Source: Eledone cirrhosa
Taxonomy: Eukaryota
Assembly: GCA_964016885.1 (NCBI GenBank)
Contig: OZ024742.1
Coordinates: forward strand, 101,060,001-101,124,000
Length of the DNA stretch: 64,000 nucleotides
Direction of reading: 5' to 3'
The position numbers were made by a program, and so were the translations under genes. The notes under the pieces are model-generated. The model had not been told where the DNA came from, did not search any database, and worked only from the letters and a program-made list of their open reading frames with translations. Positions 32,240 to 43,575 of this stretch are shown piece by piece; the first letter of the stretch is position 1, and each line of letters opens with the position of its first letter.

Positions 32240-35160
32240 GCGTCTGTGTCCAAATGTGCTCGTTTGAGTCGATCAATAGAAACCGTCTCTCAGGAACCCT
32301 TAATGTCTACAGTGAAATGTTTCTCGGAACGAGCTAATACACGGTAGGGTCCAGAGTACGGTTGTGTGAGAGGTGGTCTCACAGCATCGTTTCTCACGAA
32401 CACATGGGTCCACGAGGCAATATCCCTCGGGACTGCAGATTTTACAGTTTGCTTCCTCATATCCATCGGTGGCAGGTCCTGAAAATAAGAACGCAGACGG
32501 GATACGTGGGAAAGCGGATCCTGTGCAGAAGATCAACAGGGGCAAGCATTTTCCCAGGTAACGCTAGAGGAGCACCATATAATAATTCGGCCGGGGAGAA
32601 CCCAAGGTCCTCCTTTATTGTTGACCGAATCCCCACCAACACAATAGGGAGGTACTTGCTCCAACACGTAGAGTCAGGAGAAGTCCGTAGAGCGGCTTTT
32701 AGTTGTCGGTGGAAGCGCTCCACCATTCCATTAGATGCAGGATGATATGCAGTCGTTCGGATGCGTTTAGCGCCGATGATCTTCGTTAATTCATGGAAGA
32801 GATTCTATTCAAACTGTCTTCCACGGTCCGTGGTAATCGTGGTTGGCACTCCAAAGCGAGCAATCCATCCTGATACTAGGGCACGCGCTGTTGTTTCAGC
32901 AGTGATGTCTTTCAAGGGGATGGCTTCAGGCCATCGCGAAAAACGATCAATAACAGTCAATAGATAAGTATGACCACCACTGACTGGCCAAGGTCCCACG
33001 ATGTCCACATGAATGTGCCGTAAACGGGCGTCCGGTGTACTGAAAGTACCGAGCGGAGCCTTACGTGTTTATGGATTTTTTAATACTGGCAAGCGATGCA
33101 GGAAAGGCATCAAGCAGTAATATCGCGCTTCCTATTTGGCAAAAAGAATCTGGCTGTTATGAGCTTTACTGTGGCAGAAGATCCTGGGTGGGAAATGCTG
33201 TGTAAAGCAAGAAACACAGTACGACGATGGTTTAGCGGGACGAATGGTCTCGGTGAATCCACGGAAACGTCGCAGAGAATCTGTCCGTCTGCGGTGGGCA
33301 ATGGCAGGTATTTCAAATTACTCGTCGCAAATTCGGCTGATGTAATATCCAACGATTCCAGTGCAGGCTGGTCTGCTGCCAAGTGATTTAAATCGATGTC
33401 GTGGGATGACGCAATTGAACTGATCGGCAATCGAGACATGGCGTCAGCCGCTGTGTTCAATGAGCCTGGAATGTGTTGGATGTCGTTTGTGAATTGAGAG
33501 ATGAGGTCGAGATGTTTAGTTTCTCTGGGTGAGTATTTGTTGGCCTTTGCTCGCAAGGCGAATGTCAACGGCTTGTGGTCCGTGAAGATGGTGAACGTTC
33601 TTCCTTCAAGCATGTGCGAAAACTGCTTCACCGATAAGTATTTAGCTAACAACTCCCGTCCAAAGGTGCTGTAGCTGGTTTTGGCAGGTTTCAGCCTCCT
33701 GGAGAAAAATTCCAACGGTTGCTGTTAATCATTCCTACTTTGTTGCAAAACTGCGCCCATGGCAGTATCCGACGCATCAACACAAAGCGAAAGCTTAGCA
33801 TTGGACACTGGGTGAGCCAGCAAAGATGCATTGGCTAGAGCAATTTTCGCATTCTCAAAATCCTCGAGCTGAGTTTCATTCAAAGAAATGTCTTTATTTT
33901 TCTTTCGGCAATTTTTCAAAATTTCCGTCAAATTTGCGTCATAATTAGGCACAAACCGCCTATAAAAATTAATCAGCCCCAAGAATTGGCGCAACTGACG
34001 GAGTGAGGTTGGTGGAGGAAAATCGTCTATAGCTTTAACTCTCTCAGGAATAGATCGAATACCATCAGAGTCAATGACATGACCTAAAAAATTCAGTGAT
34101 TCCGCACCGAAAACACATTTTGTGGGATTTATTTGAACACTGTAATCCTTGAGTCGACAAAACAAAAGAATCAAATGACGTATGTGTTCTTCTCTGGAGG
34201 AATTAGCAATAAGCAGATCATTAATATAAGTGTAGACGAAGTCTAAACCACGAGTGACCTCATCCATGAACCGTTGAAAGGTGCTAACAGTATTCCTAAG
34301 TCCGAAAGGCATGGTAAGAAATTTGAATGATCCAAATGGAGTGGTAATGGCTGTTTTCGGAATATCTTCTTTCCTGACAGGAATCTGATGATAGGCTCGC
34401 ACCAAATCGAGCTTCGAGAAAATTTTACATCCCTGCAACGACGATGCAAAATCTTGCAGGTGTGGCATAGGGTATCTATCCGGGACAGTTATAGCATTTA
34501 ACTTCCTATAATCCCCAGTGTGTCTCCAGTCGCCAGAAGTCTTGGGTACCATGTGTAACGGAGAAGCCCAAGGACTCGTAGAAGGGCGCAGCATGTAGTC
34601 GAACTCGGACCGTGCTGCTTTCAATTTGTCCGCAGGCAAGCGACGAGGACGTGAGAACACTGGGGCGCCAGTTGTAGAGATAAAATGCTCCATTGTGTGA
34701 GTCGGTTCGACAACTCGAAAATTTCCCTGAGTAAGCTGTAGGAAAGAATTCAACAATGCATGATAGGGATTCCCAGCATTAGCGATGAAAAAGGTCGGGC
34801 TAACCGTTGGAAAATTAGCTTTCTGGCCACGAAGAGAAAAACCAGTAATGTCGTCTACTAGGCGTCGGCCACGGACGTCCACCATCAATGAAAAATGGTG
34901 TCGAAAATCCGCTCCCAAGATCGGGTATGGTAGATCAGCAACCGTAAAAATCAATTTGAATTCTCGTCGAAGATTTCTGAATTGCAGAGGAAGCGAGATT
35001 TGTCAAAAAGTCCGTATCGGCGAATGATTGACAGCTTGTAGATTCATTGATGACTCAGGAGGAGTTTCTTTAACACAGTTCACTGGCCAAATGCTGCAGG
35101 AGGCTCCCGTATCTACGAGGAAGGATCTTCCAGGCAGGAAGTCCTCTATGAAGAAATGTC
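32240..35160 (-). pseudogene. Gypsy pol remnants: protease, RT, RNase H, integrase
   Basis: FLVDTGASCSIWP (~35090-35125), [91 protein letters not shown]. Confidence 0.92.
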
Positions 35161-35196
35161 GGTTCTGTTGTGTCTCGCAGAGTTCACTTGCCGCCT

Positions 35197-35511
35197 TTAG
35201 TGACTCTGATCTACATTTCTCGAAGCTGAATATTTACATGGAGGCCGGCAATGTTTTGCTTTATCCGCGAAGGTGGCATGATACCAGCAAAATAATGGAT
35301 TGCTGGCGGGCGAAGTAGTATGCTGACGTGAAATCGCGAAAGAACGCGAACGACTCTTAGGCCGCCAGGAATACGGCCTATTCTCCCTGCATAACCGAGT
35401 GACTTGCTGCGTCAAAGTGTCAATAGCTTTTAACATGGCATCCTCGCGTGTCGAGACGAGCTGGTTCGAATGTGAAGAAGAAGCAGGTAAATTAGGACCA
35501 CTCATTGTCAA
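35197..35511 (-). pseudogene. Gypsy gag C-terminal remnant with CHCC zinc knuckle
   Basis: SR-rich stretch followed by CWYHATFADKAKHCRPPC. Confidence 0.82.
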
Positions 35512-35968
35512 TCTGTTTCAACTTGGACGTATAAAAGTAAGTGATATTCACGTAAAAAGAATGCAGAAATTTCTTTAGTTGTTCAGAACAACGGGAAAAC
35601 TACACAAATTTCCTTCAACATCCATGAAGAAAGAAGAAATGCAAAATCCGGAATCGACAAGTCACAATAATTCAAGGCAGAAAAATTAAATGTTTTTTTT
35701 TGTTTTTTTTTTTAATTGGAGAAGGGGATGGCATGAGATGATGTGTCTCAGCCAATCAGATGTCTGCATTTCGGAGAAGAAAGACAATTAGCGGGAAAAT
35801 TGGCGGACCAGTTAGCCATTGTGAATTTTTTTTTGTGTTAAACGAACAATTTTCAATTTCGTTATTTTCGCATAGTTGCAAGAAATAAAATATTAGTTTC
35901 GTCAAATTTTTTTTTTCTATGTTTCTCTAGAAGTTTTTAGAAGTCTTTTTTAGAAGGCTGTGTAATGC

Positions 35969-35986
35969 ATCACGTCGGGGTCACCA
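35969..35986 (-). promoter_or_regulatory. Primer-binding site complementary to the tRNA-Trp 3' end
   Basis: Plus strand atcacgtcggggtcacca matches the remembered 3' 18 nt of eukaryotic tRNA-Trp incl. CCA; it abuts the LTR. Confidence 0.88.
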
Positions 35987-35987
35987 C

Positions 35988-36236
35988 TTTAGGAGAGATG
36001 GTCTCCATTTTATTGTAGTTCCATGTTATAATTGTTGTAAACAAATATTCTCGTACATAATTAGGTATAGTCCAGATCCATGATATGTGGTCAGAGAAAA
36101 GTTAACATGCTTGTCTTCAGTGTTGTCAGTTCGAAGGAAGGCGCCAAAAGAGAGTGTATTCAGCTACTGACATCAGAACTAAGGAAAGTTAATCGACTGC
36201 CTCCAAAGTCAAAACTAGGTGGCGTGATCTATATAT
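35988..36236 (-). repeat. 5' LTR of the Gypsy element (outer end eroded into (TA)n)
   Basis: Direct repeat of 31524-31772. Confidence 0.92.
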
Positions 36237-36240
36237 ATAT

Positions 36241-36621
36241 ATCATCATCATCATCGTTTAACGTCTATCTTCCACGCTTGCATGGGTTTGGACGGGAGTT
36301 TTCCGACTTGAGGCAAGATTTGTTGTCCTGCTCGTATAGGACTGTCTGGCGGGTTTTCTACGGCTGGATGCCCTTCCTAACACCAACCACGTTTACAGTG
36401 TGGACTGGGAGGTTTTTACCGTGTTACCTACACGGCCACATTACAGTGTGGACTGTGTGTTTTTTTGTCGTGACACCTACACGTCTGGCGGGTTTTCTAC
36501 GGCTGGGTGCCCTTCCCAACACCAACCACGTTTACAGTGTGGACTGGGAGGTTTTTACCGTGTTACCTACACGGCCACATTATAGTGTGGACTGTGTGTT
36601 TTTTTGTCGTGACACCTACAC

Positions 36622-36622
<1 letters not shown>
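36241..36622 (-). mobile_element. RTE/SINE 3' tail with a 139-bp tandem duplication
   Basis: (CAT)n end; 36344-36482 repeated at 36483-36622. Confidence 0.82.
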
Positions 36623-36666
<44 letters not shown>

Positions 36667-36669
<3 letters not shown>

Positions 36670-37133
36670 ACTGGAGCAATGTGAAATAAAGTGTGTTTCC
36701 TTGAGCAAAACACTTTATTTCACAATGCTCCAGTTTACTCAGCTGTAGAAATGAGATGATAGGACTGGGGTCCCTATCATTCCACTGCAAAGTGGAGGTG
36801 CCACGGCAAAAAAGCACCCAGCCCACACTGTAAAGTGGATGTGTAGGCGCCACGGAAAAAAAAGTTAGTGCTGGGTGCTTTTTTTCCGTGGTGCCTACAC
36901 GTCCACTTTATAGTGTGGGCTGGGTGCTTTTTTGCCGTGGCACCTCCACGATCACTTTGCAGTGGAATTATAGGGACCCCAGTCCTATAATCTTATTTCT
37001 ATAGCTGAGTAAACTGGAGCAATGTGAAATAAAGTGTCTTGCTCAAGGAAACAACACATCACTCGTTCTAAGAATTGAACTCACAACCTTTCGATTGCAA
37101 GGCCAATGCTCTAACCACTAAGCCATGTACCTC
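36667..37133. mobile_element. CORE SINE rearranged by two fold-back inversions
   Basis: Minus-strand SINE 36865-37133 with tRNA head; inverted copy 36695-36864; further 28-bp inverted piece 36667-36694. Confidence 0.85.
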
Positions 37134-37296
37134 GATATATATATATAGAGAGAGAGAGAGAGAGTGTGTGTGTGTGTGTGCGTGAGAGAGAGAGAGAGTG
37201 AGAAAAAGTGATAGATAGACACATAAATTGATATCTCTTTTTCTCGTTTTCAATTTTTCTCTTGCTCTTATCTTAACACCTCAGTAAGAAATAGCT

Positions 37297-37542
37297 GGAT
37301 TATCTAGGAGTGATGGGAAGAGGCCAAATGGCCTTATCCTTTGTCCCTATGTAAGAGACAGATGTCTCATCTGGGACACCACAGTCAGTGACTCTTTTGC
37401 TCCCTCCCACATCATGGATGCTGCAGTAAATGTGAAGGTTACTGCTTCCGTAGGCGAATAGAATAAAATCCTAAAATACCGGGAACTACCAAATTACTAT
37501 TTTTTCCAGCCTGTAATGTTCGAGACGTTTAGTGGAGCAAGG
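37297..37542 (+). mobile_element. CRE-clade non-LTR restriction-like endonuclease fragment
   Basis: Manual translation GLSRSDGKRPNGLILCPY..LIWDTTVSDSFAPSH..E*NKILKYRELPNYYFFQPVMFET resembles the RPDG..WD.T..D..K..KY..P...ET RLE pattern. Confidence 0.72.
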
Positions 37543-37847
37543 TTGTTTCAGAGCCTCAGCCTCACCATCACCTTTAGTAGTGTTGCTAGCCTGTTGGGTT
37601 GCCTCAAACATTTCCATTGACCCTTGTGGTGTACTGTTGATTGTCACACTTCGTGGTGGACTGATGGTTGTTTTTGTTTGTTTTTCCCTCACTTTGATCA
37701 TATATTTTTGTGCATTATATTTGTGAGGTTCCAAACAATTATTATGTGTTTAACAGATTCTAATAAGGGAGACAATACATACAGTGCAAATTAATTCCAA
37801 GGTAGATAACTACTGCTGTCAGCTAACCAAAATTTAAAACGAAATAC

Positions 37848-38032
37848 TAATAATTGTTTCTACTTTTGGCACAAGGCCAGCAATTACACAGTGCATTACT
37901 GGTACTCTATTTTATCGACCCCGTAAGGATGAAAGGCAAAGTTAACCTCGGTGGGATTTGAACTCAGAATCGCAAGGGCCGTAACTCTATGCGCCAAAGC
38001 ATGATATCCGACCCTCTACCGATACTGCCAAT
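37848..38032 (-). mobile_element. tRNA-derived SINE family 2 (ttctgagttcaaatccc..gcctttcatcc..gtcgataaaat..gtaccag..gaaacaatt)
   Basis: Reverse complement of 51421-51610; partial copies at 29815-29900, 39625-39725, 50155-50243 and 63285-63545. Confidence 0.78.
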
Positions 38033-38409
38033 ACTAATAATATAATTACGACGGCTAATTTTGTAAGTAAACTTTTACCGCTGTGGATAACATCAGATCA
38101 TGTTATTTGCGGTATAAAATAAATATAATTTCATGGTGATTATACAATTGATAAAATAAATACTAGGTTTGAACATAAAAATACATATTAACTCAAAATA
38201 AAATTTCATAATAGAATTTATCATTTCTACATTTCTACATTTGATATAAAATTAGAGTAACCTTATAATAAAAAGAGGGGAAGTGAGAGAGAGAGAGAGA
38301 GAGATGGAGAAAGAGAGATCGCTTTTCTCTCGTTTTACAAAATGATAAAAAAAAATTTCTAATTGAATTATGTTAAATACTTCAATATTATAATAAATTT
38401 AAGGGAACT

Positions 38410-39590
38410 TAGGTGACAGGTATACATGGAACGAAAAGAGGCTAAAAGGAGGTTTGCCAATGTCGTGCAACATGAAAATCAAAGATGGGAGGATGCCCAA
38501 AAGAAAGAGGCCTGGAAATGTTACTATGATAGGTAAATGAATGTGGAGAATGAATAGGAGGAAGGAAAAGACTACCCCAATTGACCCAACAGAGGGACCA
38601 ACAATCAAAATTGACAGTTTTAGAGTCAAAGAAGCAATCAAGGAGATGAAAAATGGTAAAGTCCTCAAACCATCTGAGATTATAGTGGAGATGCTAAAAG
38701 CATCTGTGGAATTAAAATTTGAACTAATCATCTGCAGAGTCAATCAGGTAATACAGGACAGGGTCATACCTACTGATTGGTGCAGATGCATAATCATTAA
38801 TTGCTACAAGGGAAAAGGTGATGCTCTAGAAAGGAACAACTATAGAGGCATAAAAGTAATGGATCAAATTATGAAAGGGGCAAAAAGAGTTCTAGCACAA
38901 TTGATTAGGGAAAGAGTCAAATTGGATGAGATGCAGTTCAGTTTCATGTCAGGGAAGAGCACCACAGATGCCCTCTTTTTAGTAAGACAACTACAAGAAA
39001 AGTTCTTAGCTAAAAGTAAGTTTCTATCATATATCAAAATGTTGTTGATCTAGAGAAAGCTTTTGACAGAGTACTCCAATCAATCATCTTGTGCTCCTTA
39101 AGGAAAGTAGGTGTAGAAAAGTGTAGAAAACTGGATGTAAGAGCAGTGAAAATCATATATGAAGTAGCTGTAAGTAAAGTGAGAATAAGAAGTGCATTCA
39201 GTGAGAAATTCAAGGTATTGGTAGGAATACATCATGGTTTAATTCTTGGCCTGCTTCTGTTTATCCAAGTCATTCAGGCCATAACAGGAGAGTTTAAGAC
39301 TGGTTGTCCTTGAGAATTTCTGTATGCTGATGATCTGGTCCTCATAGCTGAATTTGTGGAAGAACTAGAAAATAAATTCCAGTCAAAAGGGTTGAGAGCA
39401 AACTTAGCAAAAAACCAAAATGTTAATAAGTAGGAAAGAAGAAATAGCACTGATGTCATCAAGGAAGTGGCCATGCCTGATATGTAGAAAAGGAGTAGGC
39501 AAATCTTGGGTACACAAGTGATGTTGTGGGATAACAGGTAGACTAACAGGAAAGTAAGGTTAGTATGTAGTAGGTGTTCAGGAGTCAACT
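38410..39590 (+). mobile_element. RTE (BovB-like) LINE RT fragment
   Basis: IPTDW..CYKGKGDALERNNYRGIK..QFSFMSGKSTTDALF, DLEKAFD, LYADDLVL; homologous to 40722-42590. Confidence 0.88.
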
Positions 39591-39782
39591 AATAGTAAGA
39601 GTGCTAATAACAATAATAAAATAAATAATAGTTTCTACTATTGGCACAAGGCCAGAAATTACCCAGTACATTACTGGTACTTTATTTTATCGACCCCGAA
39701 AGGATGAAAGGCAAAGTTAACCTCGAAAATAAATAATATTAACCTTTTGCAATCCCAAGAATCATCCATAGAAGTGGCTATA

Positions 39783-39831
<49 letters not shown>

Positions 39832-39833
<2 letters not shown>

Positions 39834-40370
39834 TCATTCTTCTCATGTTTTTTATATATATTTTCCCCAACTGCGTTTGTCTGTTTCTCTCTTACTGCTT
39901 CCTCCCTCTCTCTGTTTCTCTCACCTTCTTTCGCCCCCTCTGTCAGTTACACTTTCTCTCGACTGGCCTCTTCCTCGCACTTCCACTCACTCACTCTCTG
40001 CTTCTCCCTTTCTCACTTCCTCCCGTTTGGCCTGAAGTGGGGTCCTTTCTTGCTCACACCTCACTCGCGTTGCACGGTCTGTTGTCTCTCGCCCATGAAA
40101 TCCACACAGCTTAAGCTGGTCGGACTGCCATGTGCTTGTTTTTTCCTATCTTTGCGTTGCTATCCTTCTATGTTTGTTTACTTGTCTCGCTCGCTTTACG
40201 CGATTTACTTGTCCCAATAGCTTTATTTAGCTATTGCTCGCACCAACTGGAGGTATATGATTTTTAAAGTGATGAAATACCAATGAAGGTTGGAAAATCA
40301 CTGATGAAGGACTATTTTTATCATATGTAACCTATGTGCAACCACACAGTATTCATTCTTCTCATGTTTT
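39832..40370 (+). mobile_element. Unclassified element bounded by 20-bp direct repeats, with hammerhead-core remnants (possibly Penelope-like)
   Basis: attcattcttctcatgtttt at 39832 and 40351; CTGATGA at 40301; flanked by (TA)n. Confidence 0.4.
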
Positions 40371-40387
40371 ATATATATATATATATT

Positions 40388-42590
40388 ATCATCATCATCA
40401 TCATCACCGTTTTACGTCTATTCTTCCACGCTAGCATGGGTTAGACGGGTTGTCCTGTTGTGGGCAGTGTCCAGTCGGCTGATCTTGTCTTGCTCATACG
40501 GGAACTGATTCTGGCTTGATTTCTACAGCTGGATGCCCTTCTTCACACTAACCTCATTTACAGTGAATGCTGGGTGCTTTTTTTCTGTGGTGCGTACATG
40601 TTCACTTTACAGTGTGGGCTGGGTGCTTTTTTGCCGTAGCACCTCCATGACCACTTTGCAGTGGGAGGGAGTGGGATCATATTGCCTATATGCTTCAGCT
40701 TCGGCTTGTACCCGTGGGAAGTCAGGTCTTCTGTATTACTGCGTGACGCCAGAGGTCACCGTCATGTGTCATCGCCCTTGAGAGGTGCAATTGGGTAAGG
40801 TCGGCTTTTATCACCTCATCCCAGGTCTTCTTGGGTCTCTCCGCTCCATGGTTTCCATTGACTTCTAGTGCTCTGCACCTTTTTATGCAGCTGTCATCCT
40901 TCATACGCATCACATGTTTAAACCAAGGCAACCTCCTCTCCTGCATGCAGCATTTGATTCCTCTTATGCTCAGTCTCTCTCTCAATTCGTTTATGCTTTG
41001 CTGTTCGCGTATATTATTATTACACATCCATTGGAGCATGCAGGCTTCGTTTCTTTCTAATCTACATAAGTCTTCCACCTTCAGCGCCCAGGTCTCACTA
41101 CCATGCAACATTGCTGTTCGTATACACGTATCATACAGTCTGCCTTTCATTTTGAGGGAAAAGCCTTTTGCAGCTAGCAGTGGTAGTAGTTCCCTGAACT
41201 TCTTTCATCCCGTTCTTACCCTAGTTATTGTACTTTCCAAACACCCACCTTTGCTGCTAATTCGCTCACCTAGGTAACAGAAGCTGTCTACTATTTCTAC
41301 AGAGCCCTCCCAGAGTTTGGTGGTACTTGTTTCCTGTGGTCGTTTGCTGCTTGCTGTCCTGGTGCAGCTGCTACATATAAAGTCTACATTCTTAGTTAAG
41401 CTTCCTGAGATCCCACTACATCTCTTGTGCACCCATTGTTTGCATTTGGGGCAGAGGATGGAGTTCCTACCTACACCTTTCCTACATACTGAGCAAGGCC
41501 ATTTCCCTGGGGGGATCTGGGTTCTGTTTTCTCGTCTACTTACAAGGACCTTAGTCTTTGTCAGGTTGACTTTGAGACCCTTTCTTTCTAGTCCCTGCTT
41601 CCATGTTTGAAATTTCTTCTCTAATTCCAGCATAGATTCAGCTTTAAGTGCGTGATCATCTGCATATAGGAGTTCCCAAGGGCATCCGGTCTTAACTCCT
41701 CCATTATTGCCTGCAAAACTATAATGAACAGGAAAGGGCTAAGAACATAGCCCTGGTGGACACCGACCTGTATGCTAAATTCCTCGTTATAGTCATTGCT
41801 AACCCTAACTTTGCTGGCTGCTCCTCTATACATGGCTTGTACAGCTTTCACAAGCCATTCATCTACTCCTAATTTTCTAAGAGCCAACCAGATTATAGCA
41901 CTAGGCACTCTGTTGAAGGCTTTTTCCAGATCGACGAATGCCAGGTAGAGCGGCTTACTTTTAGCTAGGTACTTTTCCTGTCACTGCCTCACAAGAAAGA
42001 GGGCATCAGTGGTGCCCTTTCCTGGTACAAACCCAAATTGCATCTCATCTAGTTTTACCCGGTCCCTAATCAACTGTGTTATAACTCTTTATGGTCCATT
42101 AGCTTTATACCTCCATAGTTTCCTCTATCTAGTGCATCACCTTTACCCTTGTAGCAGTTGACAATGATGCTGCTGCACCAATCCTTTGATATGACACCTT
42201 CTAGTATTACCTGGTTAACAATACGTGTGGTTATGGTGTGACCTACTGACCCAGATGCATTCAGCATCTCAGCAGCTATACTCGATGGACCGGTTGCCTT
42301 CCCGTCTTCATATCTTTGATTGCCTTACTTACTACGCTGCTGCTGACTTGTACTGCTGGTCCCTCTATAGGGTCCACTTGGGGTAGGGTCTCTTTTTCCC
42401 ATGCATTCTCCTCATTTAATAATCTTTCATAATTGCTCTTCCACGCATCTTTTTTCCCAGCACTTGTGAGAGCAAGGTCACCTTTATCCTTCCAGATACA
42501 CTTCTCTCCAATGACATCACAATTCTCTCTGACACACTGCCTCGCAATCTGGAACACCTCCTGTTTCTGGTCCTCACGTTGCAAAACATG
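40388..42590 (-). mobile_element. RTE LINE, 5'-truncated and frameshifted, with its 3' UTR and (ATG)n tail
   Basis: ORF pieces DWCSSIIVNCYKGKGDALDRGNY, GVHQGYVLSPFLF, a PHD-like finger, DSFCYLG, MLHGSETW..RRLPWFKHVMR..RPKKTW, then a tail shared with the SINEs. Confidence 0.92.
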
Positions 42591-42624
42591 CTTGAATTAT
42601 ATATGTGAATATATATATATATAT

Positions 42625-42790
42625 ATCATCATCATCATCATCATCATCATCTTCGTTTAACGTCCATCTTCCATGCTAGCATGGGTTAGACTTGAGGTAA
42701 GGCTGGTCGGGTGGCCGTGTCTTGCTCATATAGGACTATCTGGCAGGTTTTCTACAGCTGGATGCCCTTCCTAACTCCAACACACTCCTC
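42625..42790 (-). mobile_element. RTE/SINE 3' tail fragment
   Basis: (CAT)n-gtttaacgtccatcttccatgctagcatgggttag..ctggatgcccttcc. Confidence 0.78.
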
Positions 42791-42836
42791 CTTATATATA
42801 TATGTATGTATAAATATATATATGTATGTATATATA

Positions 42837-42875
<39 letters not shown>

Positions 42876-42942
42876 ACGTACATACATATATGTATACAGT
42901 GCGCTATCAATAAAATAGGGAAAAAAAAACACTGACTAAGGA

Positions 42943-42985
42943 ACGATGAACTAGTTTCTAGCTTATTAGCTGTCATCAGCACTGT
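42943..42985 (-). ncRNA. Minimal hammerhead ribozyme motif, slightly degenerate
   Basis: Minus strand acagtg-CTGATGA-cagct aata agcta-GAAA-ctag-TT-catcgt; one mismatch each in stems I and II. Confidence 0.5.
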
Positions 42986-43020
42986 ATACCTTCCTGTCAG
43001 TCGATTGAACGTTTGAAAGT

Positions 43021-43516
43021 ATATACTTTCCTTATGCATATTAACGGCTGAGTAGCTAAATTTACATATCGAGTGAGTTAGTCAGCCGGGTGTACCGAAA
43101 ACGATAAATTGAAAAAATGAAATTTCATTTCTCACTCTTAGTACGGCTGATACCTAAATATAAGTATGTATACGTACATACATATATGTGTACAGACATA
43201 CACTAGTATGTATATACATACATGCACATATATATATATATATGTACGTATGGGTTTACCATTATAATAAATGTTCGGTAAACCCATACATACATATATA
43301 TGTGTGTGCATGTATGTATGTATATACACACTAGTGTATGTCTGTACACATATATGTATGTACGTATACATACTTATATTTAAGTATCAGCCGTACTAAG
43401 AGTGAGAAATGAAATTTCATTTTTTCCATTTATCGTTTTCGGTACGTCCGACCGACTAACTCATTCGGTATGCAAATTAGGCTGCTCAGCCGTTAATATG
43501 CATAAGGAAAGTATAT
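43021..43516. repeat. Long inverted repeat, ~240-bp arms, 16-nt spacer
   Basis: 43021-43260 is the imperfect reverse complement of 43277-43516. Confidence 0.92.
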
Positions 43517-43575
43517 ATATAAAATCTATCACAGAAAAGCTTGAACCGTTAAGGTATCTTTTCTTGGTTATGTCA

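Larger units (their letters stand above)
31524..36236 (-). mobile_element. Ty3/Gypsy LTR retrotransposon, CsRN1-like clade, defective
   Basis: Two ~249-bp LTRs, tRNA-Trp PBS, CHCC Gag knuckle, domain order PR-RT-RH-INT on the minus strand, with stops and frameshifts. Confidence 0.95.

Noticed and set aside
37486-37734. Possible Mutator-like transposase remnant (GSME..GDG)
   Set aside because: Only two short motifs with the wrong spacing; insufficient support.
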